From IMG/VR virus record IMGVR_UViG_3300033076_001145, positions 144,635-208,634 of that record: a stretch of DNA of 64,000 nucleotides. One strand, given 5' to 3'. The stretch's first letter is position 1, and every line of letters begins with the position of its first letter. The notes beneath the pieces were generated by a model. It was not told the origin of the DNA. It saw nothing but the letters and a program-made list of their open reading frames with translations, and did not search any database. The translations under genes and the position numbers were made by a program. Origin of the DNA: a virus (Duplodnaviria; Caudoviricetes). Positions 19,317 through 29,210 of this stretch are shown here, one piece after another.

Positions 19317-19516
19317 GTAGTCAGGACAGGATTCGAACCTGTACGTTCAATGTGGCAGACTATCCTACCTGCGACCTGTACACTGAATTAAACAGTGACA
19401 CATTGAACTCACTTAGCGTCTACCAAAATTACTCATTGACCCCGTAATGGATTCGAACCACATTTAGTAATTTCCCACTTGAACGGGGTTGAAGTAATTA
19501 TTCCGCCACCTGACTA
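19317..19516 (-). ncRNA. family A tRNA-like scaffold 1 (inserts in both the D-loop and the anticodon position)
   Basis: AGTCAGG TGGCGGAA..GGTAGACG [insert] ACAGGTTCGAATCCTGT CCTGACT. Confidence 0.8.
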
Positions 19517-19712
19517 TTTGTTTTAATAATGATATTTTATTGTTGTTTTTAAACAACCATCAACAACTTTAGTTGTAATTAAATGAATTACACATTTACC
19601 ATTAACTTTCATTCTTCCAATTACTTCTTGAGCAATATCAAAAGGTAATGTTAAATACATATCTTCTGATTTTTGGTTAATAAATGTTTTCATACTTTTA
19701 TTTTTTAGTTTA

Positions 19713-19832
19713 GTAGTCAGGACAGGAATTGAACCTGTAAGTAATGGAAGTTCCTCAACCTCTCCCTAAGTTCAGTGTCTTTGTGCCCTGCCCTTTGTTT
19801 TATACTTTGGCTACCATTCCGCCACCTGACTA
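19713..19832 (-). ncRNA. family A tRNA-like scaffold 2
   Basis: Same acceptor/D/T frame, unique insert. Confidence 0.8.
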
Positions 19833-19988
19833 TGTTACCAGTCTTTCCTGGTCGTCACCTTGCTCCGCAGGTATGAACCCGCATTGCCCTTGGTTGGGTC
19901 TATTTGGAAAAGTCACGGTCGGCTCTGTTTCCAAATCATTTTTGTGGTTGACGGCTCAATCCGACACGACCGATTACTCCCACATTCG

Positions 19989-20094
19989 TACTCAGAGAAG
20001 GACTTGAACCTTCATGTCATTTCTGACTCGGTAAATTACCTTAGCGTCTTTCCATCGGGTTTAATGCATTTCACCTCGCTTCCGCCACCTGAGC
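19989..20094 (-). ncRNA. divergent tRNA-Leu-like RNA with D-loop insertion
   Basis: GCTCAGG TGGCGGAA [~25 nt] TGGAAAGACG ... GAAGGTTCAAGTCCTTC TCTGAGT; no canonical anticodon loop. Confidence 0.6.
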
Positions 20095-20098
20095 ATCT

Positions 20099-20332
20099 TT
20101 ATTTTCTAACATATTCCATCATCTCTCTCATTTTGGAAATCAATAGTTCCATTTCATCTACATTGAGGTACATACGAGAACTTTCTGAACCATCCAACTC
20201 TTTTGTTTCAACGATAATTCCATTATACGTCTCCGTTGGGTATACCTCAACTTCTTGTTCTTCTGTTGATATTGTTACTTTGTGCCAAACTTTATTCTTC
20301 ATGCTATAAAATATTAAATTGTTTAAGTTCAA
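20099..20332 (-). CDS. hypothetical protein
   Basis: 77-aa ORF in operon orientation. Confidence 0.55.
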   Translation of the reverse strand: MNLNNLIFYSMKNKVWHKVTISTEEQEVEVYPTETYNGIIVETKELDGSESSRMYLNVDEMELLISKMREMMEYVRK

Positions 20333-20535
20333 TTACTATACCGATTATGGATATCAAGAATAAGGATACCTTTATCATACTATCAGTGAAGGTATTGTTT
20401 GACCATCTAAAACACATCCATAGTGTGAAGATGATACAGTAAATTGTGAATATGTGTCCTAATAATTCCATTATTGTAATTTTTTAATTATTTCAACAAA
20501 TATATGGATATTTTTCTACCTTACCAAATTTATTT

Positions 20536-20781
20536 TTAAAAATCTAACATATTCAATTGTAATTTTGCAATCAAAGTATCTTCTTCGGGTCTTGAGTCCA
20601 ACCCTAATGAGATACTTCTTCCGTGACAAGAACAAGTTGGGTTACCATCTTTGTTTACACCGAAGGATATGAATCCAGCACTAATAGGTTTCCAATCACT
20701 GAAATCTGAATGTTGTATCATTTCAGGAAACACGATGATTTCTCTATTTCGTGTTATGATGTATTTTTGTTTTAAGTCCAT
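20536..20781 (-). CDS. hypothetical protein
   Basis: 81 aa, preceded by TATCTTTG. Confidence 0.65.
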   Translation of the reverse strand: MDLKQKYIITRNREIIVFPEMIQHSDFSDWKPISAGFISFGVNKDGNPTCSCHGRSISLGLDSRPEEDTLIAKLQLNMLDF

Positions 20782-20824
20782 ACGACAAAGATAATACTAA
20801 TTTTTTAAATAGACAATTTTTTTT

Positions 20825-20952
20825 GTAGTCAGGACAGGACTCGAACCTGTATGAGGTAACTGTTGTGACTTCATGATGCGGAGCAGTGTTATTTCCTTAC
20901 GCTTACTCTATTACTCACTCGCAATTCGCTATGCCAATTTGCCACCTGACTA
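20825..20952 (-). ncRNA. family A tRNA-like scaffold 3
   Basis: Same frame, unique insert. Confidence 0.75.
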
Positions 20953-21109
20953 TTTTTATATTTTAATCTTTAATCAATGCTTTGATTAGTTGGGTCGCTA
21001 TCATCATCACTATTACGGAGAAAAATATTTCCCTCCGTCATAACCACCCAAATCACAATCAATGTAAAAACAATAAGTCCTATCATAATATCAATTTTAA
21101 TTTATTTTT

Positions 21110-21236
21110 ATAGTCAGGACAGGATTCGAACCTGTAACAGAGTATTCTTAGTTGCGAACAACGACTTTCTCCTTTCTGACATTGTAAGCCTTATACCAAT
21201 GATATCAATAGCGTCTACCATTCCGCCACCTGACTA
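21110..21236 (-). ncRNA. family A tRNA-like scaffold 4
   Basis: Same frame, unique insert. Confidence 0.8.
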
Positions 21237-21350
21237 TTTTGTTTTTACAATAAATAATGCCGTATTAACATACCTAATATGAATGATAATATCGTCATTA
21301 AAATAAACATTGTTTTAGATATTTCCTTATGTTTCATATTTCTAATTTTA

Positions 21351-21507
21351 GTAGTCAGGACAGGAATCGAACCTGTATAGGTGTCAGTCATAAACTGATT
21401 GCTTCTACTGTTATAGAGTTCTTTTGCTCCACCGAACCTAAACATCTTACGTTCACTACCTCACCAGGTTTCCGATGTTACGTCTAACCAATTCCGCTAC
21501 CTGACTA
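21351..21507 (-). ncRNA. family A tRNA-like scaffold 5
   Basis: Same frame, ~105-nt insert. Confidence 0.8.
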
Positions 21508-21512
21508 TTTTG

Positions 21513-21725
21513 TTAAAACTTAAATGGGTCCCAACTAGCAATACTCCATTCAACCATTAGTTCTTTTCTAACCTGTTTTTTCTTTTTTCTCGGCAAGTTA
21601 CTAGACTCTCGGTATTTCTTAATAATCTTTTCCTTCCATATTTTACTTGTGTTTGAAAAGGTGTGCATTTCGTTAATTGCCATTTGGTAAAATAACTCAC
21701 CACCTCTACCGAATAAACTATCCAT
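21513..21725 (-). CDS. hypothetical protein
   Basis: 70 aa, basic LPRKKKK. Confidence 0.55.
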   Translation of the reverse strand: MDSLFGRGGELFYQMAINEMHTFSNTSKIWKEKIIKKYRESSNLPRKKKKQVRKELMVEWSIASWDPFKF

Positions 21726-21740
21726 AATTTTTATTTTTTA

Positions 21741-22280
21741 TTAATCATTAAAAAGATTTACTAAATAACTAAACATTTCATAATAAGGATGTGTGTTACT
21801 ATCATCCCAACCCATATTTACGATAAAGTCATCATTCTCCTTCTTATACTTCTCAAACATATGACCACCTGTCATTTTTGAGTATTGGACATTGGCAATA
21901 CGGTCACACAACTTAACGAACACCGCTCCGTGAGTATTTCTGATACCTTCATAATACTTGTCGTTCGCTCTTTCCTTACGGTTCTTACCTTTCTCGTTGG
22001 TAAGTGCGTAGATGATATCAGCGGCAACTATACCTAATTCTTCCTTTACATCGTTGTAAGATACACGAGTATCCTCAATCAAATCGTGACCCCATGCTCC
22101 AAGTAAGATATCCTCACCTGTCAATCCTGTTCCGTCATTACAAATATCAACAACCAAACTTCCAAATTGTTTTGCAACATTCACAACCATTCTCAAATGA
22201 AACTCATAGGGAAGATATGTGTCGTACATATGATTTGTACTCTTATGTTGTTCTAATACCCAATTAATCTTGTTTTCCAT
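21741..22280 (-). CDS. HD-domain protein, RelA/SpoT hydrolase-like (small alarmone hydrolase candidate)
   Basis: PYEFHL, GHDLIEDT, ALT, VKLCDRIAN. Confidence 0.75.
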   Translation of the reverse strand: MENKINWVLEQHKSTNHMYDTYLPYEFHLRMVVNVAKQFGSLVVDICNDGTGLTGEDILLGAWGHDLIEDTRVSYNDVKEELGIVAADIIYALTNEKGKNRKERANDKYYEGIRNTHGAVFVKLCDRIANVQYSKMTGGHMFEKYKKENDDFIVNMGWDDSNTHPYYEMFSYLVNLFND

Positions 22281-22292
22281 AGGACAAAGATA

Positions 22293-22661
22293 CTACAATT
22301 TCTCAAAGTAAAAAAATATTGGTGACTTTTTTTCAATCAATAACCCAAAATCTTTTGCTAACCTATAATTGGGGGTGTCCCTTTCCAATCTGTCAAGTGA
22401 TGTCTCAACAACCTTTCTAAACATTTCAAGAGAATAGGTTGATTTCCACTTATTACATCTAGCACAAGATGGATTTAAGTTTTCAATGTCGTGGGAACCT
22501 TTATTAAGACCAGCTCGTTTGGCTTCACTTTCAGTTAAAGTATGCCAATGTGGTTCAATGTGGTCCACTTGCATTTCTTTGTAGGTAATCTCCTTACCAC
22601 AATAAGCACAATGTCCCTCACACTTTTGATAAACTTGTTCCCTGATTTCTTTTTTCATCAA
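22293..22661 (-). CDS. HNH endonuclease
   Basis: CAYCG..VDHIEP..NLNPSCARCN. Confidence 0.88.
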   Translation of the reverse strand: MMKKEIREQVYQKCEGHCAYCGKEITYKEMQVDHIEPHWHTLTESEAKRAGLNKGSHDIENLNPSCARCNKWKSTYSLEMFRKVVETSLDRLERDTPNYRLAKDFGLLIEKKSPIFFYFEKL

Positions 22662-23384
22662 TTAGATATCCAACACTCTTTTCTTGTAATAGTCATCAAA
22701 ACCATCTAACATTTCGGTGATTGTCTTAGTGTCATCTCTTTTGATTACCTCATCAATCAATCCAAACTCTTTTGCTTCGTCTGAGTTATACCATCTGTCA
22801 CGAGTGGAGAATTCTAATACCTCATCAAATGTTTTTCCACAGTTCTCGGCCAACATTTTAAATAAAATGTAGTTATACTTCTCACCTTCCATTTGGTCAA
22901 TACGAGTATCTTGGATATTACCATGAGTTCCATGACTTACTTGGTGGGTCATAACCTTTGAATAGACAAGTGACGACCTCTTACCTTTGGTCCCTGAAGA
23001 TAATAATACCGAACCCATTGAAGCGCACATCCCGATATTGGTTGTTACAACATCTGATTTAATGTAGTTCATTAAATCAACAATACCAAGTCCGCACAAC
23101 ACCGAACCACCAGGTGAGTTAATATATAAAGTAATGTCTTTTTGTTCAACAGAATCCAAAAACAACATTTGAGCTTGGACAATATCTGACATTCGTTGAT
23201 TAACCGCCCCTGACACCCATAAGATACGCTCTCTCATCAACCTCGAGAAGATATCAATCTGTGTTGCTCTCATTTCTCTTTCCTCCAACACATATGGTGT
23301 TAATGAGTTTTCAAACGCATCAAGGTTCATAGATGAGATACCCTCACTTAATGCAAACTTTCTAAATTCTTTTCCGTAATTCAT
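22662..23384 (-). CDS. clpP: ATP-dependent Clp protease proteolytic subunit
   Basis: DIFSRL, YINSPGG, CASMG (Ser), MTHQ (His), RD (Asp). Confidence 0.95.
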   Translation of the reverse strand: MNYGKEFRKFALSEGISSMNLDAFENSLTPYVLEEREMRATQIDIFSRLMRERILWVSGAVNQRMSDIVQAQMLFLDSVEQKDITLYINSPGGSVLCGLGIVDLMNYIKSDVVTTNIGMCASMGSVLLSSGTKGKRSSLVYSKVMTHQVSHGTHGNIQDTRIDQMEGEKYNYILFKMLAENCGKTFDEVLEFSTRDRWYNSDEAKEFGLIDEVIKRDDTKTITEMLDGFDDYYKKRVLDI

Positions 23385-23561
23385 TTTTTATTTTAATTGT
23401 TTTATACCTCTACAAGTCTCTCTGTGATTAGTCGTGTCCCAAAGTTTGGGATTAACCATATGACAGGTATGTTTTCTACCTGTTCTTTCAACAAATTCTC
23501 GTAATTTTTTATTATGGTTGTTTTCAACCTTCCAAGGACATTCCTTACAACAAGACATAGT

Positions 23562-23786
23562 TTAAGACTCTTGGGTTAGTAATCTGTTGTATCTATTTTC
23601 ATCAATCGCAATTCTCATTCTTGACTCGGTTGAACGGTATAAATCCGAACCAACACCACCTAATTGTTTCTCATACATATTAAGGTAATTTCTAACTAAC
23701 TTACGACAAGCAATGTCTTGCATTGGGTGAGTACAAGAATCAATTACACTTATAACCCACAACATAGTTTCATACCATCCATTCAT
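23562..23786 (-). CDS. hypothetical protein
   Basis: Start reassigned to MNGWYET because the longer start lies inside the tRNA-like gene. Confidence 0.55.
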   Translation of the reverse strand: MNGWYETMLWVISVIDSCTHPMQDIACRKLVRNYLNMYEKQLGGVGSDLYRSTESRMRIAIDENRYNRLLTQES

Positions 23787-23809
23787 AGTTTTATGTATTA
23801 AAAAGTTTG

Positions 23810-23884
23810 TGAAGAAGACGGGAATCGAACCTCGTGGCACAAGGGATTTCTGTCCCTCTGCTCTACCGACTGAGCTACTTCTTC
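23810..23884 (-). tRNA. atypical or pseudo tRNA-Phe-like gene
   Basis: Good acceptor and D arms; anticodon loop CAGAAA is 6 nt; bulged T stem. Confidence 0.55.
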
Positions 23885-23892
23885 ATTTAAAA

Positions 23893-24430
23893 AGGTAAGT
23901 CCGACTTCCCTATCCGTGTGGTGTTTCACGAGTCGGACTTGTTTTTGTTAGATTCACCAATATAGTATTTCCTCGGATATGTCCCAAGAGATTGGGACCA
24001 TAGTAACCGTCCACCGAGGACCTATACTCTCACACTCCGTCCTGTCCCTACTCACTTAATCAAATTAGTCATAAGCTTCTCGGTCGAGGCGTTCAGTGTT
24101 ACCCTCAAGACATCTTCACCCTACCACCATAGTTACTTGGTTAGCCTCACTCGGAAGATGAGTGTGTATCGTAAGATTGTCTAGTTTTCTTACGACTTGT
24201 GGATTTCAACACGACTACTTAAAGCCCCTAACCCTTTTAATCCATAACGAGGGTATCTAATTCATTGTTCCCTATCATACTTGGTTGAACTTCCCCAAAC
24301 CAATTAACACCGATTAAGTAGTGCTATATGTATTTCACGTTCTGTGTAGCCTCCCCCATAGCCTTGGAGCCTTCAAGCCAGGTTCACACTGTCCAACCGC
24401 AGATAAACGGTATTGTGGGGTCTTCTTTAC
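23893..24430 (-). ncRNA. large (~540 nt) structured ncRNA candidate
   Basis: No ORF of 60 aa or more, GC-richer than flanks; helices AAGTCCGACT/AGTCGGACTT, CCTCGG/CCGAGG, GTCCCAA/TTGGGAC, TCGTAAGA/TCTTACGA, CACTC/GAGTG. Confidence 0.55.
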
Positions 24431-24433
24431 AAA

Positions 24434-24823
24434 TTAGATTACTCCGACTTCGGACATTGCTTCATCAGCATATTCCATGATGATGTCAGATTCAACTAAT
24501 TCAGTCGCTTCAGTGAAAACTTCTCTCAATTTGTCCTCATCAACGTAAGTGTTAATTTCACGACCATCAACATCAAAAGATACTACTTCATCTGAATCAA
24601 GGTTTGAGAATGCTTCGTCAAAGATAAACTGATTAACTTTGTTGGTGTATTCAATCAAGAAGTCCTCAAGTTGTTGTCTTGTGAAGACAATTTCACCTTC
24701 CTCAACACCAGCGTCGGATTTAACTTCATTTAATTGTGATTGGATTTCGTTAATACGCTCAATCAATTCGTTGTTTTGTTTTTTGTTTTTCTTACTCATA
24801 ATATTCATTTTTGGTGTTTTCAT
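24434..24823 (-). CDS. hypothetical acidic protein
   Basis: 129-aa ORF. Confidence 0.7.
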   Translation of the reverse strand: MKTPKMNIMSKKNKKQNNELIERINEIQSQLNEVKSDAGVEEGEIVFTRQQLEDFLIEYTNKVNQFIFDEAFSNLDSDEVVSFDVDGREINTYVDEDKLREVFTEATELVESDIIMEYADEAMSEVGVI

Positions 24824-24850
24824 TTCTTTTACAAATATACAACGAATTTT

Positions 24851-25048
24851 TTACTTGGACAAGGTGTAGATGTTATTTTCATCTAAAATAATTTCACCCT
24901 TATCACCAATCTGAATACCCAAACCTTCCATAACAATTTGGAAATTTGTTTCACTCATAACATTAGCCTTAACTAATTTTTTGTATCCTAAAATAAAATC
25001 CATCAATTCAGGTTCAGAAATAAATCCTTTTTCAATAACTGGTATCAT
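24851..25048 (-). CDS. hypothetical protein
   Basis: 65-aa ORF. Confidence 0.55.
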   Translation of the reverse strand: MIPVIEKGFISEPELMDFILGYKKLVKANVMSETNFQIVMEGLGIQIGDKGEIILDENNIYTLSK

Positions 25049-25063
25049 AGTTTAAAATTTTTG

Positions 25064-25135
25064 AGGTCGGAGTTGGATTCGAACCAACGTAAGAGCTTTT
25101 GCAGAGCTCCACTTAAACCACTCAGACATCCGACC
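25064..25135 (-). tRNA. trnC: tRNA-Cys(GCA)
   Basis: GAGCT-CTGCAAA-AGCTC, U73. Confidence 0.92.
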
Positions 25136-25204
25136 TTGTTTGTGAATACAAATATATAACATATATCTATTCAAAATCAAATTTTTTTCTTAATATTTAC
25201 TATT

Positions 25205-25864
25205 ATGGATATTGAATTTTTTTTAAAACAGTTTTTAGAACATAATTCTGAAATAGAATGTGATAATGGACTTAAATTAGTATGGAATGGCGAATTTGAG
25301 ACCACAAAATATAAAGATAATGAATATGAAATTCCAGTCTATAAAGTATCTAATCCTAACAATTCACCTTACACAAGGAGCGCCTTAGAATATTATGTTG
25401 AGAGTTCCCTTTACACATTTAGAAAAATGTTACCTATATTGGAAAACTCTATACCTAGCGTATTTTTATATATAGTAGATTCTTTAGATTTCTACATATC
25501 CCCTAAAACTGAAATGAGATTAACAAAATGTTTAGGTTCAATTAGTATTGAGGATGAGTCGTTTTCTATTGATGGTCAGAATGTTGTAATTTCAGGTAGT
25601 TTCACCGGTGATTATGAAATGGATTTAGATGATGTAACAGTAATTTGTATTTGCGATTTTCAAATTGATTCCGTAACCGTTGACGGAGAAGACATCTACT
25701 ACGACGAGGACGAATTTGATAGAATAAAAGACGAAATATATGACTATGATTCTGATTGGTTTGACATCCCCACTTGGGGTTGTTTATCACAATTATATAA
25801 CTCAAATAATTTTGTCAGCAAAGATGACATGGGGTGGAACACAGGTGTTCGTCTTATTATCTAA
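25205..25864 (+). CDS. hypothetical acidic protein
   Basis: 219 aa, ATATTTA motif upstream. Confidence 0.7.
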   Translation: MDIEFFLKQFLEHNSEIECDNGLKLVWNGEFETTKYKDNEYEIPVYKVSNPNNSPYTRSALEYYVESSLYTFRKMLPILENSIPSVFLYIVDSLDFYISPKTEMRLTKCLGSISIEDESFSIDGQNVVISGSFTGDYEMDLDDVTVICICDFQIDSVTVDGEDIYYDEDEFDRIKDEIYDYDSDWFDIPTWGCLSQLYNSNNFVSKDDMGWNTGVRLII

Positions 25865-27431
25865 TTAAAACAATGTGTCCTTTTTGGATGTGATTGAATC
25901 CTTTATCATCCTTATATGTCATAATCCAATTATAAACTCCATTTGGACAATAATATCCCGAACCATCAGTTCCGTTCCAAGTTTGAGTAATTGATTTAAT
26001 TTCATAAATAATCATCCCGTCTTTATTGAAGATTTTCATATTTGGTTCATATAAAGATTCCCCAACAATTTTAAATGCATCATTATGTCCATCTCCATTT
26101 GGTGTGAATGATATTGGAACAAACAATCTATGACAAGCCTCAACATCAATTCTTAAAAACCCAACCTCACTCTTACAACCAATGGTGTCAGTTCCATAAA
26201 CATCAATAACATGACTCATTGTCGAATCATACCAATTCTGATACAACTCAAAATCAGTGTCCGATTGTAACTCCCCATCAACATGCCAAGTGTATTCAAC
26301 CCCAACTTCATCATTAGCATAATAGAATTGCTCAGGAGAATTTTGACATAAATCAATATTCAATAATGTTGTGTTTATTATTGGAGCTGTATATAATTCT
26401 CTAACAAATACTTCAACTGAATCTGCAACAGGACATCCATGAATATTGACAAAATATGTTGGGTAATATGTTCCGGGTTCAAACGCTGTGAACACATCCC
26501 CAACCAAATTCTCACCCGACCAAAATCCACCTGATGGAATTGCAACCAATTGTGTTGTATCACCCAAACAAATTCCAGTTCTTGGTTGATTAAAAACTAT
26601 TAATGTGTCCGAAACATTGATTGTGGTATCTACCACATCTCCGATACATCCATCAACAGTTGTTTCAATAACCGATATAACATAATCACCCGGTACTCCA
26701 CCCCAATCAATATTAATAATATTTGTTCCATCTTCAGTTAATGTTCCACCACCTGAAAGGTTCCAATCATATGTTGAGCCAGGAGTATTCACAACAGAAT
26801 ATGTATCAGATAATCCAACACATACCGTATCCATCGGAACATCAATGGGTGAAGTATCAACATCTCCTCCAACAACCGTTCCATTGAATACTTGGAATGG
26901 TCCGTCGAAACATGCCTCGTTTCCCCAACTTCCCATCGTTCCATCCGCATATGGCGTAACCTCAATTAATAAAGATAAGGGGTCACATTCATCCGTTACT
27001 TGTAATAACACACAAAATGTCCATTGGCAATTCGTTCCAAAGTCACCCCAATCATTCCCAGGATTCCCATCAATAGGTCCTGTCGGTCCCTCATAAAAAT
27101 AACCCGGTCCAACAGTTAAAGTTCCTGAATTGTTAGTAACACTTTCCATCCATAACCATCCTTGTGGTGGTGTCGCACCTCCACAATCATCAGGTCCTGA
27201 TATAGGTGTATAAGATACCCAACCAGGTCCCAAGTTAATACTGAAACCTTCAAGCCAATTAGCCCCAAAACCTGTATCCCAACCATTCAAAGTGTAACAC
27301 ATAGTTACAACAGTTCCTGGTTCGTAATTACCATTAACAGGGGCAGGATTTAATGTGAAAGATGGAACCCCAGCACATTGTGCAAGTATAAGATTGGGGA
27401 TTAACAATAGGAGGAATAGGATTTGTCTCAT
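25857..27431 (-). CDS. secreted protein with T9SS type B (gliding motility-associated) C-terminal domain
   Basis: Signal peptide MRQILFLLLLIP; Ig/PKD-like repeats; PISFTPNGDGHNDAF..WNG..GVY..GHIVLIR. Confidence 0.85.
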   Translation of the reverse strand: MRQILFLLLLIPNLILAQCAGVPSFTLNPAPVNGNYEPGTVVTMCYTLNGWDTGFGANWLEGFSINLGPGWVSYTPISGPDDCGGATPPQGWLWMESVTNNSGTLTVGPGYFYEGPTGPIDGNPGNDWGDFGTNCQWTFCVLLQVTDECDPLSLLIEVTPYADGTMGSWGNEACFDGPFQVFNGTVVGGDVDTSPIDVPMDTVCVGLSDTYSVVNTPGSTYDWNLSGGGTLTEDGTNIINIDWGGVPGDYVISVIETTVDGCIGDVVDTTINVSDTLIVFNQPRTGICLGDTTQLVAIPSGGFWSGENLVGDVFTAFEPGTYYPTYFVNIHGCPVADSVEVFVRELYTAPIINTTLLNIDLCQNSPEQFYYANDEVGVEYTWHVDGELQSDTDFELYQNWYDSTMSHVIDVYGTDTIGCKSEVGFLRIDVEACHRLFVPISFTPNGDGHNDAFKIVGESLYEPNMKIFNKDGMIIYEIKSITQTWNGTDGSGYYCPNGVYNWIMTYKDDKGFNHIQKGHIVLIR

Positions 27432-27475
27432 GCTGATAAATATCTGATAAGACATATTGGAAAAATAAATAGTTG

Positions 27476-27548
27476 TACCCCCGGAGAGACTCGAACTCCC
27501 ACGTCTCTAAATCCGTATTTTAGTGTTTTTCCATTAAACTACAGGGGC
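27476..27548 (-). tRNA. trnR: tRNA-Arg(ACG)
   Basis: CTAAA-ATACGGA-TTTAG. Confidence 0.85.
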
Positions 27549-27554
27549 AAAAAG

Positions 27555-27642
27555 CGGAGAGCGGTGGAATCGAACCACGCACAACTTAATGAGATACTGT
27601 TTAGCAAACAGTCGGGGACACCATTTCCCTCCTTCACTCTCC
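27555..27642 (-). tRNA. trnS: tRNA-Ser(GCT)
   Basis: ACTGT-TTGCTAA-ACAGT, G73, long variable region. Confidence 0.8.
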
Positions 27643-27644
27643 AA

Positions 27645-27722
27645 TGGTGTGTCTAGCGGGATTCGAACCCGCGATGACCTGAGCCACAATCAGGCGACTT
27701 AAACCTCTTGTCAATAGACACC
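27645..27722 (-). tRNA. trnH: tRNA-His(GTG)
   Basis: CCTGA-TTGTGGC-TCAGG; G-1, A73, encoded CCA. Confidence 0.9.
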
Positions 27723-27727
27723 GTGTA

Positions 27728-27850
27728 GTAGTCAGGACAGGATTCGAACCTGTAAAATAACATTAATACCTGCACTTTGGAACAGCGGCATGGATAACCA
27801 AGAACTGTCTGTTTAATGTTAAGTGTCTAACCACTTTCACCACCTGACTA
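27728..27850 (-). ncRNA. family A tRNA-like scaffold 6
   Basis: Same frame; insert closed by TAACATTAA/TTAATGTTA. Confidence 0.78.
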
Positions 27851-27856
27851 TGTTTT

Positions 27857-28081
27857 TTATTTTACAAAAATTTCAGTTAATGGTAAAGAAGCAAATTTAT
27901 ACCCGTAAACTTCATTAGGTAGTGTTCCATCTAAACACTCAACAATATAGTTTGGAATTAAACCAGTTGAACTTTTACCTACAATTTTTCCTTCAAAATG
28001 AGTCTCACCAATTCTAACATTCACTAATGTTCCATCAGTTAAATCCTGTGATTTTACAATTTCTTCAAATGTTTTATTCAT
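27857..28081 (-). CDS. hypothetical protein
   Basis: 74-aa ORF between scaffolds. Confidence 0.6.
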   Translation of the reverse strand: MNKTFEEIVKSQDLTDGTLVNVRIGETHFEGKIVGKSSTGLIPNYIVECLDGTLPNEVYGYKFASLPLTEIFVK

Positions 28082-28098
28082 AATTTTTATTTTTTTTT

Positions 28099-28193
28099 GC
28101 AGTCAGAACAGGATTCGAACCTGTAAATTAGAAACCCTCTTCTAATTCCAAACCTCCGTGAATGGAGCGTTTACCAATTACGCCACCTGACTA
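28099..28193 (-). ncRNA. family A tRNA-like scaffold 7
   Basis: Same frame; hairpins CTCC/GGAG (6-nt loop) and AATTAGAA/TTCTAATT. Confidence 0.78.
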
Positions 28194-28198
28194 TATTT

Positions 28199-28288
28199 GA
28201 GGATGAGAAGTCCTCTGTGTTGTGAGCATACCGCATAATGCTTGTTCATACCCCATACATTAACTTCCTTTCTCAAAGGAACAACACA
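28199..28288 (-). ncRNA. family C structured motif, copy 1
   Basis: TGTGTTG TTCCTTTGAGAAAGGAA [variable hairpin] CAACACA GAGGACTTCTCATCCTC. Confidence 0.7.
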
Positions 28289-28291
28289 TTT

Positions 28292-28389
28292 GTAGTCAGG
28301 ACAGGATTCGAACCTGACCCTCAAGTATCCGTCTTTACCGTTAGGAATTACCCCACTGACTCGCGTAAAACCATTTTACTACCTGACTG
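28292..28389 (-). ncRNA. family A tRNA-like scaffold 8
   Basis: Same frame, D arm diverged. Confidence 0.72.
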
Positions 28390-28443
28390 TATGTGGGCTA
28401 CCCTCCTTTCGTCGCAACCGCCCACCCGTTGTGATTTCAGATT

Positions 28444-28555
28444 GTAGTCAGGACAGGATTCGAACCTGTATGAACTTGCTCCGCATGGCTAGGACTAGGG
28501 TTCACTATCTAATATCCATTTATAGCTGGCGTCTACCAATTCCGCCACCTGACTA
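28444..28555 (-). ncRNA. family A tRNA-like scaffold 9
   Basis: Same frame, unique insert. Confidence 0.8.
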
Positions 28556-28633
28556 TATTCGTGGTAAGTCACGACCTACATATCCCTGACATTTAGCTAG
28601 CATTTCAGCTCAGGTATTTGTTACACTGTATTT

Positions 28634-28723
28634 GAAGTCAGGACAGGATTCGAACCTGTATAAACCAGTTGTTGCTGATTGCTTCCCCATTGATTACGTC
28701 TAACCAATTCCGCCACCTGACTA
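28634..28723 (-). ncRNA. family A tRNA-like scaffold 10
   Basis: Same frame, unique insert. Confidence 0.8.
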
Positions 28724-28728
28724 TATTT

Positions 28729-28812
28729 GAGGATGAGAAGTCCTCTATGTTGTGAGACTCGAACACTTAGTCTCAGTTCTTTCTAATATTCCTTTCTCAA
28801 GGGAACAACACA
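28729..28812 (-). ncRNA. family C structured motif, copy 2
   Basis: Same constant arms; variable hairpin TGAGAC/GTCTCA. Confidence 0.7.
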
Positions 28813-28823
28813 ATATTTTATTG

Positions 28824-29057
28824 TCAAACATTTGGGGTGAAACGCTCTGCCGCCTCCTTGTAGATAGACATTTGAGTCATCATCAAGTGAGCATAAACAT
28901 TACCACCAACTATATCATTAACCATTTTACATTTCTCTCTAACAATACCTTCTGTACGGACAATACCTTGTGGTCCATCTTCTTTCATTTCTCTAACCGC
29001 TTGAGCCAATTCCAAGTCAGTCATATCAGAGAATACTTTTGTTACTGTGTTTTCCAT
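28824..29057 (-). CDS. hypothetical protein
   Basis: 77 aa, TAGATTTG promoter upstream. Confidence 0.65.
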   Translation of the reverse strand: MENTVTKVFSDMTDLELAQAVREMKEDGPQGIVRTEGIVREKCKMVNDIVGGNVYAHLMMTQMSIYKEAAERFTPNV

Positions 29058-29125
29058 AGTTTGTTATTTTGATTTGACAAATCTACGGCAAAAATCCTAT
29101 CAAACAAAATTTATTTTAAGAAAAG

Positions 29126-29203
29126 TACCCCCTGAGAGACTCGAACTCTCACCCTAAGACATCGTTCTAAGCGATGCGCGTCTGCCTATTCCGCCAAGGG
29201 GGT
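29126..29203 (-). tRNA. trnL: tRNA-Leu(TAG)
   Basis: CATCG-CTTAGAA-CGATG; D arm TGGCGGAATAGGCAGACG. Confidence 0.9.
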
Positions 29204-29210
29204 AAATAAG

